Origin: Octopus sinensis
Taxonomy: Eukaryota
Assembly: GCF_006345805.1 (NCBI RefSeq)
Contig: NC_043015.1
Coordinates: 8,618,001-8,682,000, forward strand
Reading direction: 5' to 3'
Length of the DNA stretch: 64,000 bases
A model generated the notes under the pieces. That model saw only the letters and a list, made by a program, of their open reading frames with translations. It made no database searches and had not been told where the DNA came from. How positions within the stretch are numbered: the first letter of the stretch is position 1; each line of letters begins with the position of its first letter. Positions 1 to 16,159 of this stretch are shown piece by piece. Made by a program: the position numbers and the translations under genes.

Positions 1-414
1 TTTTATCTGCTTTCAATTTGATATTGTAATTGCCCCGTCCGAATCTTCACAATCTGTTTTCTAGTTCGTATTTATTATTTGTACTTTTTGTTTCCTCTCA
101 ATATAATTAAAACACAAAGCAAAACATTTGATGCAGTTTTGAAATGTCACTGTGATATTTCAATCTGGTGTTGCAAACAGAGTTCGTACAACAACAATTG
201 TCGTTGCGTATTGTCGTTGCGTATTATTTTTTTTCATATTTAGATTCAGTTTTACGTTTCACATGATGTTTTCTCTGTGGCGATATCTGGATTTTCACAT
301 AAGCTCGTGAATGTAGATAGCCGAAACCTGGGGATGAGTGCTGCATTTGAAATTAGTCAAATATCTATCATCCCAGGAACTTAAATGTACAGGCCCCCAC
401 ACACACAGAGTCAT

Positions 415-440
415 ATATATATATATATATATTATATTAT

Positions 441-490
<50 letters not shown>

Positions 491-575
491 ATTATATTAT
501 ATTATATTATATTATATTATATTATATTATATTATACTATATATACATATAGTGAGAGAGAGAGAGAGGGAGAAA
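415..575. repeat. (TA)n / (TATAT)n / (GA)n compound microsatellite
   Basis: Read directly. It explains the YI-rich ORF 338..580. Confidence 0.95.
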
Positions 576-1020
576 TGTGAAAGCAGGAGAGAGAATTTCA
601 AAAGCTAAAATAGAAACACGGCAAAATAATGTACAGAGAATTCACACACAAGCCATAGACATGCCCTTCCCTCGTCAATTGATCTAAAAGTTTATGAAAA
701 TTTCACTGCGAAAGGTTAAAAGAACAAGGAAAGGTTAAAAGAAAAGAACAAATTTGGTGAAGAAAGTAAAAGAAAGATATAGATGAAGTGAGGAGCGTGA
801 ATGATCGAGTCAGTGGTGAAGTGAAAAGAGGATGTTAGGGAGGGGAATTAAAATGCCACGGATCACAATTGTTGGAGCAGAAGGGCAATTCAGAAAACGG
901 TAAGGGGAATGAGAAAGCAAAAGCAACAGAGACATCGTGAGCGAGTAAAAGAAAAGGAGATAGATGTGAAAGTACTATACATAATACTATACATCTTATA
1001 ATAACATACTGTATTATAAT

Positions 1021-1123
<103 letters not shown>

Positions 1124-1132
1124 GTTCCCCAA

Positions 1133-1175
<43 letters not shown>

Positions 1176-1361
1176 CTTTTATTATTTTTTTATTTTATTA
1201 AGTTATTTGACTGTCGCCATACTGTTGATGTTGTTGTTGCTGTTGTAGTTGTTGTTGTTGTTGTTCTTCTTATTAATATTATTATCATTATTATTATTAC
1301 TATAGTAGTAACAACATCGAAAAATATCTTAGGAATTAGAACAGTTTCAAAATTTCCCCAA

Positions 1362-1480
1362 GACACCTGTTGAAGGCTTGACGGTATATCAGCCGAAACG
1401 TTGTGTTAACAACAAACAAGATGAGGACAAATATCTGTCAAATGTAAATAATGTAAATAACGTATATAATTCTTCATCTC
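1362..1480 (+). mobile_element. Penelope-type terminal fragment with degenerate hammerhead motif
   Basis: GACAC-CTGTTGA-AGGCTTGAcggtataTCAGCC-GAAAC-GTT-GTGTT (1362-1408). Stem I, stem II and the palindromic AACGTT are present, but the core reads CUGUUGA instead of CUGANGA. Confidence 0.55.
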
Positions 1481-2317
1481 TTAAATATAAAACTGCATTA
1501 AACTGACGCCAGTACTTATTTAATTAAGCCTAATAATTATTCTAGTTCTAGCGTAAGTAAATACGCCAACCCCGATTTCAAGCTGTTATGCTCCTACGTA
1601 TATACACGTACGCATACACGCGCCCGCACACAAATATATATATACATATATATTACATGCATATAACTTCCTCTCTCTCTCTCTCTCTTTATATATATAA
1701 AGAAAGAGGGAGAGATAAACATTCTTATTTCTAAATCTCTTAAAGAGATATATTCAGTAACAATTCTTTAAAGTAAAGACTATTTGAGAATATAATGTGG
1801 CTGTCCTAGAAGGGATGATTGTTACTGTTGTTTATCGCCAGCTGATATCATTTCCAGTTGGCTATATGGCTCAATATCTGTGTCCTTATATTTTCGAACG
1901 TGGAGTCCAGCGCTTCCATCCAGCACAGACCAACATCTCTGAAGCGGTTTCTGGGTTATTACGCTTCATCAACACAGAGTAGCTGAATTCTCTGTCGAAA
2001 ATGTATACTTTTCCAAGTGACATACAATCACTAGTCTAATAAATAGAAACATTATTATTTCTAAATATCTCAAAAAGAGATATTCATTAAGAGTTCTTTA
2101 AACTAAACTAAAAACTGTTTAACAACATAATGGGGCTATCCTAGCGAGGAAGATTGCTAGTGTTGTTTAGTCCAGGAAACATCATTTCCAACATTATGTT
2201 CGCAAATGGTCTATATATATATATATATATATATATATGTGGGGGGGGGGTACATATGTATGTATGTATGTATGTATATCCATTACATGCATGTATGCAT
2301 GTGTGGAGGTGCGTGTC

Positions 2318-2545
2318 AGTACCATGATCGTAAGATTGTAGTTTCGATTGCTGGACCGGGCGACGCGTTGTGTTCTTGAGCAAAACACTTCATTTCACGT
2401 TATTTCAGTTCACTAAGCTGGCAAAAGTGAGTAACGCTGCGATGGACTGGCGTCCCGTCCAGCTGGGGAGCACATACGCCATGGAAAACGGGAAACCGTG
2501 TCCATGAGCCTGCCTAGGCTTGAAAAGGTTGCATTTATTTATTTT
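2318..2545 (+). mobile_element. tRNA-derived SINE (5'-truncated) with V/Meta-type central domain
   Basis: Degenerate B-box region, then GTTGTGTTCTTGAGCAAAACACTT and CTGCGATGGACTGGCGTCCCGTCCAG. Ends in a (TTTA)n tail. Confidence 0.65.
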
Positions 2546-5500
2546 ATGTATGCATGTGATACTGTGTATGTACCAATGTACGTATAGATGCATGTAACCT
2601 GCTGCGACATCCGATTTTGTAGATTAAAATAATATTCATGCAATATTCATGCAGGTGATGATTATTTCCATGAACGGAACCGCATGCAATTTATTGGTAA
2701 CCATGTGATGCATTGAATTTTATGGGTGTCTTAGTTCATAAACAATTTTATTAGAATGTGTTTACAAGGCGATGTTGATTTTCCCTGCGAAATCTTCAAA
2801 ATTATTTTAAATAATTTCTGTTTCTGAAAACGGCAGACTTGAAGTTTTGTTTTTGTTTAATATTGGAGTAAAGAGAAACACTTTCAGGCGACAAATCCTT
2901 GTTGAGGATGAGTGAAGATCATTATCAGTATTGATAGGTTCCGAGCAGTAGAAATTTTCTAATATAAATAGATCTTCTTCAAAAAAGTAAATAATAACGA
3001 ATCAATCTTATCTCAATTTATCAGTAACTAGGCGGGTATGATATAAGAAAAAAACGTACCTCTTCGGAATTCCCAATCCACTTCCCATAACCTTTGAACC
3101 AGTAATTTTCGATATTGGTGCTTACGATTTAGCAAAAAAAAAAATTAATAAAAATAATAATAATTTCAAACCCACCCCACATATTTATTTGCTTTGTTTA
3201 CAGTTGACAAGACGTGCCTCACATGCACACAATTTCAGCTTCCAAATCCTGCTTCTGATTGCATGAAATTATCAAACTTTAAATCTCTATAGCTAAGTAA
3301 AAACTTTTTTTTCTGGAAAACGTGATCCGTTCCACTAAGTTAGGTTGAATGTTTTTAAAAAAGCTATAGAATCAGGAAACAGGATTTGGAAGCTGTCATT
3401 CTGTGCGTAACAACTCGTTTTGTCAACTGTAAACAAAGCAAACAAATTGGGACGGGAGTTCTTTTTGGTATATCGTAATCTCAGATATCGAAAACATAGG
3501 GATTTGAAAAAATCTTTTAAATATGAAAAAAAAAGCTGGTTCAAAAGTTATGTGGGGGAGCATAATTCCGGAGAAGTACCGAAAAAAGGGGACAGAGAGA
3601 GGTAAATGAGTTTAAACAGGTCAAATTTAAGTCTTGGCCATTAATCAGTAAAAGATATTTCTCTAACTTCATTTTCTTTAATATGAACTGAAGACCCATA
3701 GAATGATTCTGTTTTATGGAAATATCTCTGAATTACAATTTTGCGCGGTAGCATGTGTTTTAGAGCAGAATTCGACGAATAAGTTTACCAGTTTGTTTAT
3801 GAATGTTTTCTGTCCTGAATAATTTCTTTATAATCGGTATCATAGAATTCAGCGTTTGAAAGGCAGCAGAAACCAAGAGAAAAAAAAAATGAGACTACCT
3901 CAGCAATGCCAAATGCAAAATGTTTCTAGATTTGCTTTTTTCTTTTACATTTTAAGTGTTACTTTATACACAAAGCAAAACTTGAATTCGATGAAATCTC
4001 TGTTGATCTCCTAATTTAATTTCCAAGTGAGAATCAGAAAATCGCATAAAAATATATCGAAAAATTCCTTTCTATATTTTTCATTGCTTTTTGTTATACT
4101 CATAAGCATGAAATTAAGTATTATTCCAGCAATCGATTCCCCCTCTAGGAGCAATTATTTAAACGTAAATGTGAAACTGATTGCTATCTTAAAATGCTTT
4201 AAAAAAAACAACAATAATTAAATGACGTCAGAAAATTCTTGAACACTGAAAATAAAAGTATAATGTAAGCACTTATTTCGTTGGTGCTTACCATATCCAA
4301 TTATAGACTGAAAAATAAAGCTTTTTGCACTTTTCTCTCTGTGAAAACGAATTCATGACTTGAGAGGAATACTTATTTGTGCTTATAATTTAGAATGGGC
4401 AATCGATAGGGAAAACACAGGTACTCTTCACGTAAGTATACGTGGAACATTTAAATTTTAAAACTGAGCGCTATTTCGGCAGCAATTTCTGTGAAACTTG
4501 CGAATAATTATTATTGCGAAGAGTAAAATAATACTACCAATCTCATTCTATAAAAAGTGTTTCATTATATAATAAAATACTTGAAGACACACATCAGTTG
4601 CAATGTATCTAAATATATTTGTATGAGCAGCACGCAGTCATCGTATTTGCTGAAGAAGTACAAATAGAACCGTAATGCGTTCGAAAATGTCACAATAATA
4701 TCTTGGACGTTGAACGATTTATTGAAGAAGACAAGGTTAACGGGTAGTCATAACGCAAACTCTTTTCGCTATACATTTCCAAAACTAGAAATGACCTGAA
4801 TGAATATCTTAACAATTGCAGAGCAAAATCATGGACATGAATTTGTAACATGCCAAATACATTTACACCAAAAGGTGGATGAGAAAAGAAACTCGCATGT
4901 AATAATATTACATTTAAAAAATAGGAGAGATGTAGTAAGACGACACTAAGAAAAGAATCCGTGTTTACAGAAACTCATAAATAGCTATGTGTTCACCGCA
5001 TCGATTTATACTCTATTCAGAATATCGATCATATGCACATAGAATGCTTTCTTATTGCATAATCTTAACATATTATCAACATAAACAGTGCAAATGCATA
5101 TCAAAAATGGTGCAAGCAAATCTTAGAGAGTTATTAGAAATATTAATGTACTCTACATAATTCCTTGTATTACCCAACACGCACGCACATTTCTAAAGAG
5201 CAATGTCTACAGTCAAGGGCAAAGCGTGTATAACTACGAGACATTATACACATGGAAACGCGTGTATCATGAGTTGAAATAGATCTAATTGTTGTCGATA
5301 ACTTTTTTGAATGCACATTTAATATATTAAATGCAGCAATAATTTCACTCTCTTTTAGTACCAATTACGACTACATCCATCCAATGCCAATCCTTAAGAT
5401 ACAAAACTACCACCTTTCTCCTGCTTGCAGACTATTTGCAGCTTTTGAGAAAACGTCGGTGCGTATATGGACTTCGTGAAATCAGTACGGTGGACAATAT

Positions 5501-6201
5501 CAAGTGCATAGCATTTAAAATCATGCTTCATATACAAGTAATATGTTATCACATACTTATATATGACACTCAATAACAGACATAAATTATATAATGAGAA
5601 TTTAACGACACTTTTGAAATGGAGAATTTGTGCTATTTCTTGGAATCAGTTCAGCAAAATAGAAATATATTGTCTCTGATTAACGCAAAAATGTATAAAC
5701 AAAAGATTGGAATTATATAATTTAGGCATTCAATGATTAATGGCAAACATATTTCAGACGGAGAAGTAAGATGTTATTATGCTATAAAACTTATATTAAA
5801 ACACATTACATTTATATGTGTGCAAAAAAAATATTGTAGTTAGTATTCATTTAATGGCATAGAAAACCTGTGTAATAAATAATTTGCAAAAATTTTGCAG
5901 CTGTTTATTGTAGAAAAGATTTTTAAAAGACAAATAAAAACGTGTAGGCTTAAAATAAATTAAAAATAGATATATAGAATATAAAATACAAGTGAACTTT
6001 AGCTAAAAGGAGTACGAGATGAAGTGAGAAATGTTTTTTGTGACAAAAAATACTATTAATATTATTATTAATATATAAATTGTTTTAAATGTCCATTTCA
6101 AAATTCTTTCTTATATGATAAACAATAGGTAGGTCATATACATCTCCCCATCTTTGTCCCTTTCTCTCTCTCTCTCTTTCGTTGTCTCTCTCTCTCTCTC
6201 A

Positions 6202-6234
<33 letters not shown>

Positions 6235-6882
6235 AATATATAAATGCATACATACATACACACACACACATACACACACACACACACACACACGCACACA
6301 TATATATATTTGTGCGTATATATATTGGCGTGTGCGTGTTTGTGAGAGTAGGCTTCGTGTGTGCCTAATGTATTTCAGTGTGTGTTACTGCACACGATTG
6401 TTTGTCTCTATCCATAAATATGTATGATAGCTTGTTCCTGATATAAAATCATGCAGATTGATGGCCGAAACATTTATTCTCCTGCTAGAAATAACACATC
6501 TCTTACTATTAATTTAAGCTTTACCCACTTTGTCCACCACAATTCAAGTAACAGAATAGAGAAATTATCTCCTATAGAGATAGAATGAATGCGCTTGGAA
6601 TGGACTTCATTATAGGTTTCCTGAAGTAAGTTTGCCTTGGAAATGTCGACAGATTTTATAAAAAAAATGATATTGACGTAGATATAGAAGGGCAGAATGT
6701 ATGGACTCTCAGAAAAGAATAATCACACAAGGTGAGAATGGAAGTAAACAACAGACATTTATTTACCAAACTTGAATACACAATAAGCATGATGCTACAC
6801 ACATTAGTGAGATTTTAAAACAACGACAAATACCAACGTTCCGGTGCATATTATACATATATGCCTATATATATATATACAT

Positions 6883-6940
<58 letters not shown>

Positions 6941-6954
6941 TATATATATATTAT

Positions 6955-7005
<51 letters not shown>

Positions 7006-7014
<9 letters not shown>

Positions 7015-7313
7015 TATTAGACAAAACCACTATTTTGCAAAACAAACAAGGAAAGACTTAATCAATACGTAAAATTTTAATAAATAGTCAAAAAAACCGC
7101 CACTACAATTGTTTCTTGTCTTGATCGACAATCTTCAGGTGGACTTCCAATAAGTCAGTTTCAAATTTGGAAGTCCACCTGAAGATTGTCGATCAAGACA
7201 AGAAACAATTGTAGTGGCGGTTTTTTTGACTATTTATTAAAATTTTATGTATTGATTAAGTCTTTCCTTGTTTGTTTTGCAAAATAGTGGTTTTGTCTCT
7301 AATAATATTTTAT
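7006..7313. repeat. Fold-back inverted repeat (~145-bp arms, 16-nt spacer) with a hammerhead in each arm
   Basis: 7006-7150 is the reverse complement of 7167-7313, differing by 1 substitution and a 2-bp indel. The left end abuts the (TA)n tract at 6850-7005. Confidence 0.95.
7175..7217 (+). ncRNA. Minimal type I hammerhead ribozyme (mirror copy on - strand at 7100-7142)
   Basis: CCAC-CTGAAGA-TTGTCgatcaaGACAA-GAAAC-AATT-GTA^-GTGG. Stem I 4 bp, stem II 5 bp, palindromic ACAATTGT, GUA cleavage triplet. Confidence 0.8.
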
Positions 7314-7620
7314 AATATTTTACTATAAAATTGGATTTAATCCTAAATCTGATTTTTTCCCTGTAAATTTGGATTTATTCCCTAATATTTATTATTTATA
7401 TAGTTATCGGCTGGAATAACCGCCTAAGAGATAAGAAGATCCGTTCTCACTACCGGTATCAATTACTGTTAAACCTGGGCATGTGTATGCAAGCATACAG
7501 AATATAGACGTGTTTATCAGGAATCAATTTTAAAATAAGCAGAAAATGGAGAAATCGTTTGATAAGTAAAAAAACAATTTTACCAACGTCGGTCAAATAT
7601 CGTTTAATACAAAACTTAAC

Positions 7621-7735
7621 ATTGCTTACGGCCGTTTCGGCTATCAATGTCAGTCGGTGCCTACTAAGAAAATTCTGAAAATAATGTACGTCATCTTTAT
7701 AGCACATTTAAATATGGAGCTTCATCAGAGTAAAT
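7621..7735 (-). ncRNA. Degenerate hammerhead motif with long stem II insert
   Basis: Minus strand reads ATTTACT-CTGATGA-AGCT...(~80 nt)...AGCC-GAAAC-GGCC-GTA^-AGCAAT. Palindromic ACGGCCGT; stem I is imperfect. Confidence 0.5.
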
Positions 7736-8467
7736 GCAAATACATAAAATAAAAGCAAGGAAGAGTGAAGAGGAAAGAACAGGGCCAGGAGATGAGAGAA
7801 AAAGGCTAAATATATTAGAATTATACCGTTTTGCAGTGCGAAGATTAAATCGATCGGCAAAAGAGTAAACTGGCATATTATCTAGAGAAATAATTTGTGG
7901 GTTATCTCTTTTTATAGGGCTACCAGGATGTATAAATAATAGTAAAAAATAAAACTAGTGCTAAAGTAAAGAAGGAATCGCCAATAATTCTAGAAAAGTG
8001 ATAGTACTTGTGATTTCGTAAATAGAGTTAATTAAAACTTATCCAAAAACAAAAGCTTAAAGTTTTATAGCGGTGTATTTACTGAAATTTTCTAGAGACC
8101 AAACACCTATTGTACGTAATAGAATTGGCCAAAGTACAACCATCTCTACGACTGGTCAATTAAATTTCACACCAAGGGCAAGGTAAACAAGTTACAGGTG
8201 CAGACGTAAATAAAAATAAGCAAATCAACCATTAAATAAAAGGTGTGTCACAGAAGACTATATCATAAGTGGCACAAGGTCCCTAATGCCCTTCTAACCA
8301 TCTCAACATGAAATTAATTAAAAATAAAAATAAATAAATACTAACAACCACACGACAATAACGTTCTCACAGTGAAGGAGAGACTACTTTTAAGGAAGGT
8401 GGTTACTAAACTACTGTTAGGGAAGGTGGTTACAAAAATTATTAATTTCTGTATTCTGCTAAACCTC

Positions 8468-8572
8468 TTTTTCTTCTTCTTCTTCTTCTTCTTCTTCTTC
8501 TTCTTCTTCTTCTTCTTCTTCTTCTTCTTCTTCTTCTTCTTCTTCTTCTTCTTCTTCTTCTTCTTCTTCTTC

Positions 8573-8631
<59 letters not shown>
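8468..8631. repeat. (TTC)n followed by (TTA)n microsatellite
   Basis: Read directly. It is the source of the poly-F/poly-L ORF. Confidence 0.95.
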
Positions 8632-8634
<3 letters not shown>

Positions 8635-10258
8635 TAGTTTTTATTTTTATAGCGTGCTTTCACTTCACTACCGAGCGCAGCTCTGTGTGCCTTGGGTATG
8701 TGCTGTGATTTGTTGTGATGCTCTGATGGTTATTGTATGGAAAGTGTTCTGCGTAGGATGTGTGCAGTGCCTAGTAGTGCAATTTTCTGTATGTTATATG
8801 TGTTTGTAAGTCCTGGTGTTTTTGTTATGTATTTGTCTGAATATTTTTTTATCATGCCTAATGCACCTACTATGATAGGAATTGTTTCTGTTTTCAGGTT
8901 CCACATTCTTGTTACCTCTATTTCCAGGTCTTTGTGTTTTGAGAGTTTCTCCATTTCTTTTAGAGACACGTTGTCATCTGCCGGTATTGATACATCAATT
9001 AGAAAGCATTTTTTTTTCTTCATGATCTCCGATAACTATATCTGGTCTGTTGGCCTTAACTTCTCTATCTGTGTGTATCGGCATATCCCAGAGTATGGTT
9101 GCTTTCTCGTTTTCTGTGACCTTTTCTGGTGTGTGCCTATACCATCTTTTTCTGTTGTTATTCCATAATGTTGGCATAGCTTCCAATGTATGTAGGTTCC
9201 AACTCTGTCATGTCTGTGAATATATTCCTTCTTAGCCAGGACTGGGCAGCTAGAGATAATATGATTTATTGTTTCTTGTCCATCTCCACATATTCTGCAG
9301 TTACTTGTAATATTTCTTTTCATTACATGTTTTTGGTAATTTCTGGTGGGGAGGCTTTGGTCTTGTGCTGCAATTAAAAATCCCTCTGTCTCTGCTTTGA
9401 GTCCTGAGCTTCTCAACCATTGCTGGGATTTTTCTTTGTCTATTTCTTTTGCGTTTAGTTTAGTGCAGTATTTACCACGAAGGGGCTTTTCTTGCCATCG
9501 TTTTATCATGGCTCGTTGCTGTTCTATTTTTAGTTTGGATTTCATTTGTTTTATAGCTTTTGTTGTTTCTTCATCATCTTCTTCTTCTTCTTTGTGTTTA
9601 TTAGGTGGTATGATTTCTTGTTTGTAATTGTCAGCTTCCTTAAATACTGAGAACAGTTTTTTGTTTTGCTCGTGTTTTGCTGCTATCTGGATCAGTTTTC
9701 CTTCCTTCTGAAGTAGGTATTTTTGCAATCCTATGGTGGTTATTTTATAGTAGTTTTCCAGCTGTATAAGGCCTCTACCACCTTCTATACGTTGTATATA
9801 TAGTCTTTCTATGTCAGATTTTGGGTGATGCATCCTGGATCCTGTCAGTATTTTCTTGTTTTCCTATCTATTTTGGACAGTTCATTTCGTGTCCAGTTAA
9901 GGATATTGTAGCTGTAACTTATAACTGGGACAGCTAAAGTGTTGATACCTATTATCTTGTTTTTAGCATTGAGCTCTGTTTTTAGTATTGATCTAACTCG
10001 TCTATAATATTCTTTTTTTATTTTCTCTTTCATTTGTGTGTGTTGTGTCTTATCTAGTTCATGGATTCCTAAGTATTTGTAAGTTTGGCTTTGGTCTAAT
10101 TCTTTTATTTCATTGGTTTTATCTAGTGTGATGTTGTTACTCTTAACTAGTTTTCCTCCTTTCATGGTTACTTTGGCGCAGTTTTTCTAATCCAAATTTC
10201 ATATATATTTCTTTGGTAAATCCATGAACTGTCTTTAATAGTGTTTCCAGCTGTTTAT
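8632..10258 (-). mobile_element. R4/Dong-clade non-LTR retrotransposon, 5'-truncated copy A (RT thumb, CCHC zinc knuckle, restriction-like endonuclease), frameshifted
   Basis: ORFs 9845..10165, 9036..9833 and 8730..9023 give CRICGDGQETINHIISSC..HDRVGTYIHW, RPDIV, LIDVSIP and KIALLGTAHILRRTLS. Both ends abut (TAA)n. Confidence 0.9.
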
Positions 10259-10268
10259 TATTATTAGG

Positions 10269-10344
<76 letters not shown>

Positions 10345-10719
10345 TTATTATTATTATTTTTATCATTATTATTATTATGTAACTGTTTAATATTTGATTA
10401 TATGTTGCAAATTTCTACTGCAACACCTGCTACACCGCCGTGTTGCTGCTGTGTGTGCAGCATTTTTTGTTGTTTTCTATTGTTGAGTCAGTGCAAATTA
10501 TTCTTGGTACAGTATGGAGTTGTTATACAGTATGGAGGTGTTACCGCTTGTATTGTGTGTATAGTGTGTTATGCTTTGTGGGTTGCGGGTGGGTGCTTAT
10601 TTCACTGGGTAAATTCTATACAGAATATTGCCTCTGTGAGTTGTTTTGTTTAGGTTGCATTATTGGATTGATAGTGTCTTGATTAGGATGTGAATTGTTC
10701 CTAACTGGACTATATTATG

Positions 10720-11150
10720 AACAGTGTTTAATGTTGAGGTTCCAGATATAGCCTCAACATTTTTGTTCATGGGTATTTTTATCATGCCCAATGCTACAAT
10801 AATTATTGGTATTGTTTTTACCTTCATGCCCCACCTTATTAATACTGCAATTTCAAGGTCTTTCTACTTTGAGAATGTTTCGACTACAATTTTTGACGAT
10901 ATTTTGATCAGAAACAGCTGTAATATCTATCAGTAATCAGGTGCCCCGCCATCCTTATCTATTAAATCTGGGCGATTAGCTTCGATTTCTTTTTCGTTAG
11001 AACCGGCATATCGAGATGATTACGGCCTGATCGTTGACTTGTACCATCCTTGACACAAGCTTATAGACCTTTTTGTCAATTATTATGTTGTAATGTTGGC
11101 ATATTGTCCAGTGGATATAATTGCTTACTTTATCGTGTATGTACACGTAT
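10720..11150 (-). mobile_element. Degraded R4/Dong-clade 3' fragment (copy B)
   Basis: Manual minus-strand translation gives HDKVSNYIHWTICQHY, IEANRPDL, KDLEIAV and KTIPIIIVALGMIK, with stops and frameshifts. Confidence 0.7.
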
Positions 11151-11266
11151 GAATATATCTATAGTCTATTGAATATATATATATATATATATATATGTAG
11201 GTCCCGGGTTGATTCGGGGTTAACCACAGTAAGTAAGGTACTCAATACATAGCAGAGTAAAATTAA

Positions 11267-11396
11267 TTTATTATATAGAAGGAGCTTCTACAGGACTAGT
11301 ACTGTTTCATTCAAGAGAAATCTTCAGGAAGCTTCCTGAAGATTTCTCTTGAATGAAACAGTACTAGTCCTGTAGAAGCTCCTTCTATATAATAAA
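11267..11396. repeat. Perfect 130-bp palindrome (65-bp arms, no spacer) with hammerhead-like core, in a ~200-bp insert between TA tracts
   Basis: Centre at GGAAG|CTTCC (11331/11332). Right arm reads CTGAAGA-T-TTCtcttGAA-T-GAAAC-AGTACTA-GTC; stem I is not canonical. Confidence 0.9.
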
Positions 11397-11430
11397 AAAA
11401 AAATATATATATATAGATACATGCATACAT

Positions 11431-11469
<39 letters not shown>

Positions 11470-11470
<1 letters not shown>

Positions 11471-11640
11471 AATCTTGAGAAACATTGGCAGCCAGAGATG
11501 AGGTCGTTCACTGTCTCATTGTGCTGGTTGCACATTCTGCATTGGTTTGAGACCTATTTTCATTATTTTATTTTTTTAATTCTTTGTAGTCAGCGTTGGT
11601 CTTGTGCAGCGAGAATCAAACACGCAAGTTTCCAAAGGAC
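11470..11640 (-). mobile_element. Short degraded R4/Dong-clade fragment (zinc knuckle region)
   Basis: CRMCNQHNETVNDLISGC at the start of ORF 11311..11535. Confidence 0.6.
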
Positions 11641-11917
11641 AATTATCTAACCTTCAAATAATTCTTCTCATCACATGACTATGATGCTCCCCCACTATTT
11701 CTACTCGTGATCAGAGATGCACATATCATTAGCTACTTAGGAATATGATATAAATTGAAACAACTAACAAGTAATTCTGTGGTATTGAGTAGAATATTTG
11801 CTGTAGTCCATCTTTTATACCAAGACAAAATAATGTACATGATAACACTTGCAATAATTTAAGATCAGAAGCCATGAGAGCCATTGCCTGGTACAGAACC
11901 AGGGCATTTATTATTGT

Positions 11918-11973
<56 letters not shown>

Positions 11974-11994
11974 TAATAATAATAATTATTATTA

Positions 11995-12052
<58 letters not shown>

Positions 12053-12057
12053 CATTA

Positions 12058-12146
<89 letters not shown>

Positions 12147-12147
12147 T

Positions 12148-14796
<2,649 letters not shown>

Positions 14797-15694
14797 TATG
14801 TTTGACTTTTGCTTTATATTTGTACAAGTTGGCTCCAAGTCTCACCCAGAGACCTCAAGAGACAACAGGGTTGGAAGTTCATGTTGTTGTTATGCCTAGT
14901 GTGCCATATATTTGGGGGGTGGGGATGTTGTACTAATGAATGTTTAAAAAAAAAAAAGAGTTTTTTTTTTTTTTTTTAAACCGAAAATTATGGTTGTTTT
15001 AAACCTTGAGGTTACATAGAGAGTATTTTGCGTAGGATATGAGCAGTTCCCATGAGCACTATCTTTTGAACTTCTGCCATTTTTGGGTTTCCTGGTATCT
15101 GAGTTAGGTAGCTATCAGCCCCTTTTGCTATCATTCCCAGGCACCTATGACAACAGGTATTGTTTTAGTCTTCAGCTTCCACATTTTGCTGATTTCTATT
15201 TCAAGATCTTTATATTTGCTCAGTTTTTGGTAGGTCCTGACAGATACGTTTATATCGATTGGGACAGTCATATCAATGAGGAGGCATGTTCTTTGTTTGA
15301 AGACTTTCAATATGATGTCTGGCCTATTTGCATCTATCTTCCTGTCAGTTTGAATGGTGAAGTTCCAGAGGAGTGAGATGTGGTCATTTTCAAGCACTGG
15401 GGGTGGTTTGTGTTCCCACCAGTTTTTTTCATGGGGCAAATCCAGGTTTTTACAGATTACCCAGTGAATATATTGTGCAGCTCTATCGTGCCTGTTGAGA
15501 TACTCAGCTCTATCGTGCCTGTTGAGATACTCATCTCTATCGTGCCTGTTGAGATACTCAGCTCTATCGTGCCTGTTGAGATACTCACCTCTATCGTGCC
15601 TGTTGAGATACTCAGCTCTATCGTGCCTGTTGAGATACTCGGCTCTATCGTGCCTGTTGAGATACTCAGCTCTATCGTGCCTGTTGAGATACTC
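14797..15694 (-). mobile_element. R4/Dong-clade 3' fragment (copy E) with reiterated 5' junction
   Basis: ORF 15131..15439 (RPDIILK..LIDMTVP..KYKDLEIEI), then EVQKIVLMGTAHILRKILSM*. (TAA)n on both sides. Confidence 0.9.
15481..15694. repeat. 27-bp tandem repeat x8 (last copy 25 bp) derived from LINE coding sequence (EYLNRHDRA)
   Basis: Unit CTCTATCGTGCCTGTTGAGATACTCAG. On the minus strand it is in frame with the downstream AQYIHW. Confidence 0.95.
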
Positions 15695-15782
<88 letters not shown>

Positions 15783-16159
15783 CATTGCTATTATTATTAT
15801 TATTATTATTATTACCTATAGTTATGATTTGTGTACTATATCAGTTAAATTTGTACTTATTAAATGCAGATATAATTGATCTGTTATTAGCATAAAGGGA
15901 AATAATTAAATAAGCCCCACGATGAATTTCACTGTCTATGGGAAACGCTATGTTACTAAAATTATTTCGGAGTCTCTCATTTGTTCTAGCAACTCTGCAA
16001 TTACGTTTGAATTGTAAATTATATGCTCTAAAGTGATCCCATATGTTTTAATTGTGAACCCTTTATTGGCCATGTGTCTATGACTTCAGTCTGACCTTGC
16101 AAGTGGATTTGGTAGACGGAAAGGAAAAGACGCCCGCTGTATATATATATATATATATA

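Noticed and set aside
4650-4700. CTGAAGA...GAAAATGTC hammerhead-like string (a similar one lies at ~3687)
   Set aside because: No convincing stem I or stem II; likely chance or too decayed.
15481-15694. CRISPR-like or VNTR coding repeat
   Set aside because: There are no spacers, and the unit is LINE coding sequence reiterated at the 5' junction.
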